This document shows positions 61,175-64,000 of a stretch of DNA of 64,000 nt, piece after piece. Numbering within the stretch: position 1 is the stretch's first letter; every line of letters begins with the position of its first letter. The notes under the pieces were generated by a model that did no database searches, was not told the DNA's origin, and saw only the letters and a list, made by a program, of their open reading frames with translations. The DNA lies in the NCBI GenBank assembly GCA_009103225.1, contig RHPI01001737.1, positions 443,177 through 507,176 on the forward strand, written 5' to 3'. The position numbers were made by a program, and so were the translations under genes. Source of the stretch: Chlorokybus atmophyticus. Its lineage: Eukaryota; Plantae; Mesostigma and Chlorokybus algae.

Positions 61175-64000
61175 CGTTGCTAGAATCAGCTGCCGTAGCA
61201 GCAATATTCGCAAACCGCAGGTGCTGCTACGGCAGATAACTTTGCGCACAAGTGTCGATACCCTCCTCAAGCGTTGCTTTGTGCTTATCAGCTCTCTGCA
61301 TGCGCAGGGCGCTCTCTGTCCAAAAAGAGCCCCAGCGTAGGCGGCGGCGATGGTGGTGGTGGCCGTGGGGGGGTTGGTGGAGGAGGGGGTAAGGAGGACA
61401 AAGGAAAAGGCTGCTTCAGCTTGCTGGCAGGTGAGACTCAGCGCCGCCTTCTCCTCAAGCAGCATTGCGGGAAGCTGGAGACTGGGCGTGTTTCTCTGTT
61501 CTGGGAGCTCAGCCCAGCCCAGCCCAGCTCAGCTCAACTCAGCTCAACCTTGGGGGCAAAGCTGCAGGTGACGTAGATGATGAATGTGTGATACAATATG
61601 TCGACAGTATCAAGTTTGTTCAAGCGATTGCCTACAGCTCCATGCCTACAGCTCTGTCCTTCTGCATGTCCTTCTGCATGCCTCCTTGTATGATTCGAAG
61701 CTCTGTGAAGGGATCGCTCCACAAGTGACAATGCGTAAGTGACGTTGTGTGTGTTTGTCTTTTTCTGGGCACCTCGTCAGTTACACGCAATTGAATTGTT
61801 TGCTGTGCTGCTCAGCTCGCAACGTCATGCGGCTTCTGTGCGCAAGCGTGCTGCAGGTCATTGATCGGAGGATGCCAATGAGTGGTGAGCATGTGGGGCT
61901 GCATCACATCCAATCTCGTTGCTGCATTAGTGCCATCGCCTTTATACCATGTTGACAACATCATGACCTATAACATGCATAGACAAACTGTTGTTTGGAT
62001 GTTTGCGAGCCTTAACGAATACTGCGCGTTGGTGGGTGAATTCCGCAAGCGTGCACGCAAGGTGTATGAATGGGCCTGCACTTGTGTTGGCATGCTTGTG
62101 TTATGTCACACGGTGTATGCACGCAGGCGTGCACACATGTTTCGACGCCTAGGCATATTTACGTGTGAGAAAGCAAACCATTGAACGTGCGTATGGAGTG
62201 TTACTAGCAGTGCACCTAGTCGTGCATGCGCATGGACACCTGTACTTCCATGCACAGGAGCAGCTGCTGCTCCACGCACATGTCTGCAAAACAATGCCAC
62301 CCTCTCAATCTGCAATGTTGTACATCCTTGATGCTGGTTGTGTGTGTGTTGTAGCCTCCAAGCGCACCACAAACGACGGCATGAGGAAAGGTCCAGCTGG
62401 GAGTCAGTTGCGCACAATGCAACGTCGTTCACCGCTTTGCGCACATCAAGCAGGTACATTAAACACCGACAGAGCGTGATTCCCACTGTCATGCAGTCAA
62501 TGCATAGGCACACGCATCATGATGTAAGCTGGTAAGTGCCGTATGCTGTGCACTAAGAGGCACTGGTCTCAACTCACAGCTGCTTGCGTGAGTACAGTCC
62601 AAAAAGATGTCTCAGTGTTACTTGTATCAAGTGCAATCTTCAGATTCCAGCGAGTGCACGCATTTGCACACGTCCGCATCCGCACAGGCAGTTGCGCAGC
62701 AAGCGTATGTGTGCACACGATTTGATGTTTGTATATATGCCTCAGGCAAATATGTGATGCGGCATCGAAGGAGGAGGGCGAGGATGACGAGGACGTAATC
62801 ATCGATTACATTGTGCATGTGAGGGACATGTTGATTGAAAAGATACCAGTACTTACAAGCCGAGAGCGCGTCACGCTCTCAAGCTGTGATTTTCCAACAA
62901 GACATTAATCTGAAAGCAGATCTCGATGACAACCGGAAGGCAATGGCTTGTGCGACACAAGCACTGAGCGTGCGTGTGGCTTTTTATGAAGCGGCCGCTG
63001 TTGTATAATCGGACTACTTGTGTGATGTATCCCGTGTAGTGCTTCCATGACTGCTGCTAACATTTGGTCAACTGTGTCGGAATGTGCAACAACCGGAAGG
63101 TGGATGCGCTACATGCGGTGGCCACGGTGTTCACCGGTGTGCCCGAGTGCGCTCATGCAGCAGCATACGTGTACGGGGTCGCGTGTGCTGAAAGACGCCG
63201 AGCACAATCGTTGGAAGCGCATGGTACACACCCAGCCGCATCCTGCATATCTTGTCAGCGTGTGCCCTCGTGTGTACACACCTCGGATTGCATTCGTGTG
63301 CATGGCTGTGTTTGTGTACAGAACACTTATGGTGCAGTACGTGCGTATATGTGTATGTGTGTGGATGAGCGCGCACGTGCGTTTGTGTGTGTGCATGTGC
63401 TTGTTTGTGCCTGCACGCATGCTTACGCATGGGGGCGCATGAGTGCGTGTTGCGGTGCACTGCTGTTTGGCAATTGTGCGTTTCTGTGCATAATCATGGT
63501 GACAACAATTCCCTGTCAAGTTTGCCTACCCACCATTTACAGTTAACTTGTAGGACACGCTGTCATGTTGTGGCGGTGTGCGTTACAGGTCTGGACGCCT
63601 GAGAACGGTGAGCAGTACGAGCAGTACGTACCTAATTGGACACGTCGAGTGGTGTATGGTGTTGGACTAGAACATATGCCCTCCGCTTACGAGATGCGCT
63701 TGGAGAAGATTGACCGCCCGCCCCCGCAGAACACGTGCGCAGCCGCCGTAGCACGGACTACTACTTCTGCAACACAAATGACGATGACCACTGTATACAA
63801 TGGGTAGAGGGCAACAGTACAAGTAGCGATGCAGGGGACACACTTGACAAGCAGGCAGAGGATCAGCAGCAAGGGTGATACAACTAACAGACCACACGAC
63901 AACGACAACACCACAGTTCCCAAATAGCTTATATCAAGACTAAAAAGACCTGCTTGCGTTGTGTCATGCTTGTCAATTCCTATAATGAGAACCCCCCCCC
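61174..64000 (+). other. Unit B: inverted, diverged paralogue of unit A
   Basis: Ends GACCTGCTTGCG...TTGTCAATTCCTATAATGAGAACCCCCCCCC, matching the end of unit A (TTGTCAATCCTTATGGTGAGCGCCCCCCCC); several exon-like segments with GT-AG boundaries. Confidence 0.75.

Overview
Eukaryotic nuclear DNA with short GT-AG introns; gene and TE types point to a green-lineage alga (inference). Positions 1-43 kb are a nest of transposable elements. (1) A decayed Ty1/copia element (1-4337, minus) carries two insertions of one CAC-terminated DNA-transposon family: a 1.84-kb non-autonomous copy with a 3-bp ATA target-site duplication (TSD) at 915-2753, and a giant copy whose family-type ends lie at 4338 and 27989. 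(2) The giant copy holds a decayed DDE transposase fused to a FEN1/XPG-like nuclease and a CXC domain, a decayed Cys-rich/Tudor/phage-type C5 DNA methyltransferase gene, and a nested DIRS/PAT-like retroelement, which itself carries a 560-bp TRIM. (3) A second, apparently intact cluster (~29-42.4 kb) encodes a Plavaka transposase, an intact homologue of the same Cys-rich/Tudor/C5 methyltransferase with the same two intron positions, an OTU-protease/RING fusion and two orphan genes, with GTACCAT..ATGGTAC palindromes in the upstream intergenic gaps. The right part holds a host MOR1/XMAP215 gene (44050-55265), two assembly gaps, and an inverted pair of an unknown ~3-kb intron-containing unit bracketed by (GA)n and (C)n. 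The main candidate novelty is a transposon-borne, Tudor-fused, phage-type cytosine methyltransferase shared by two different DNA-transposon families. All protein assignments are by motif recognition; no database searches were run.
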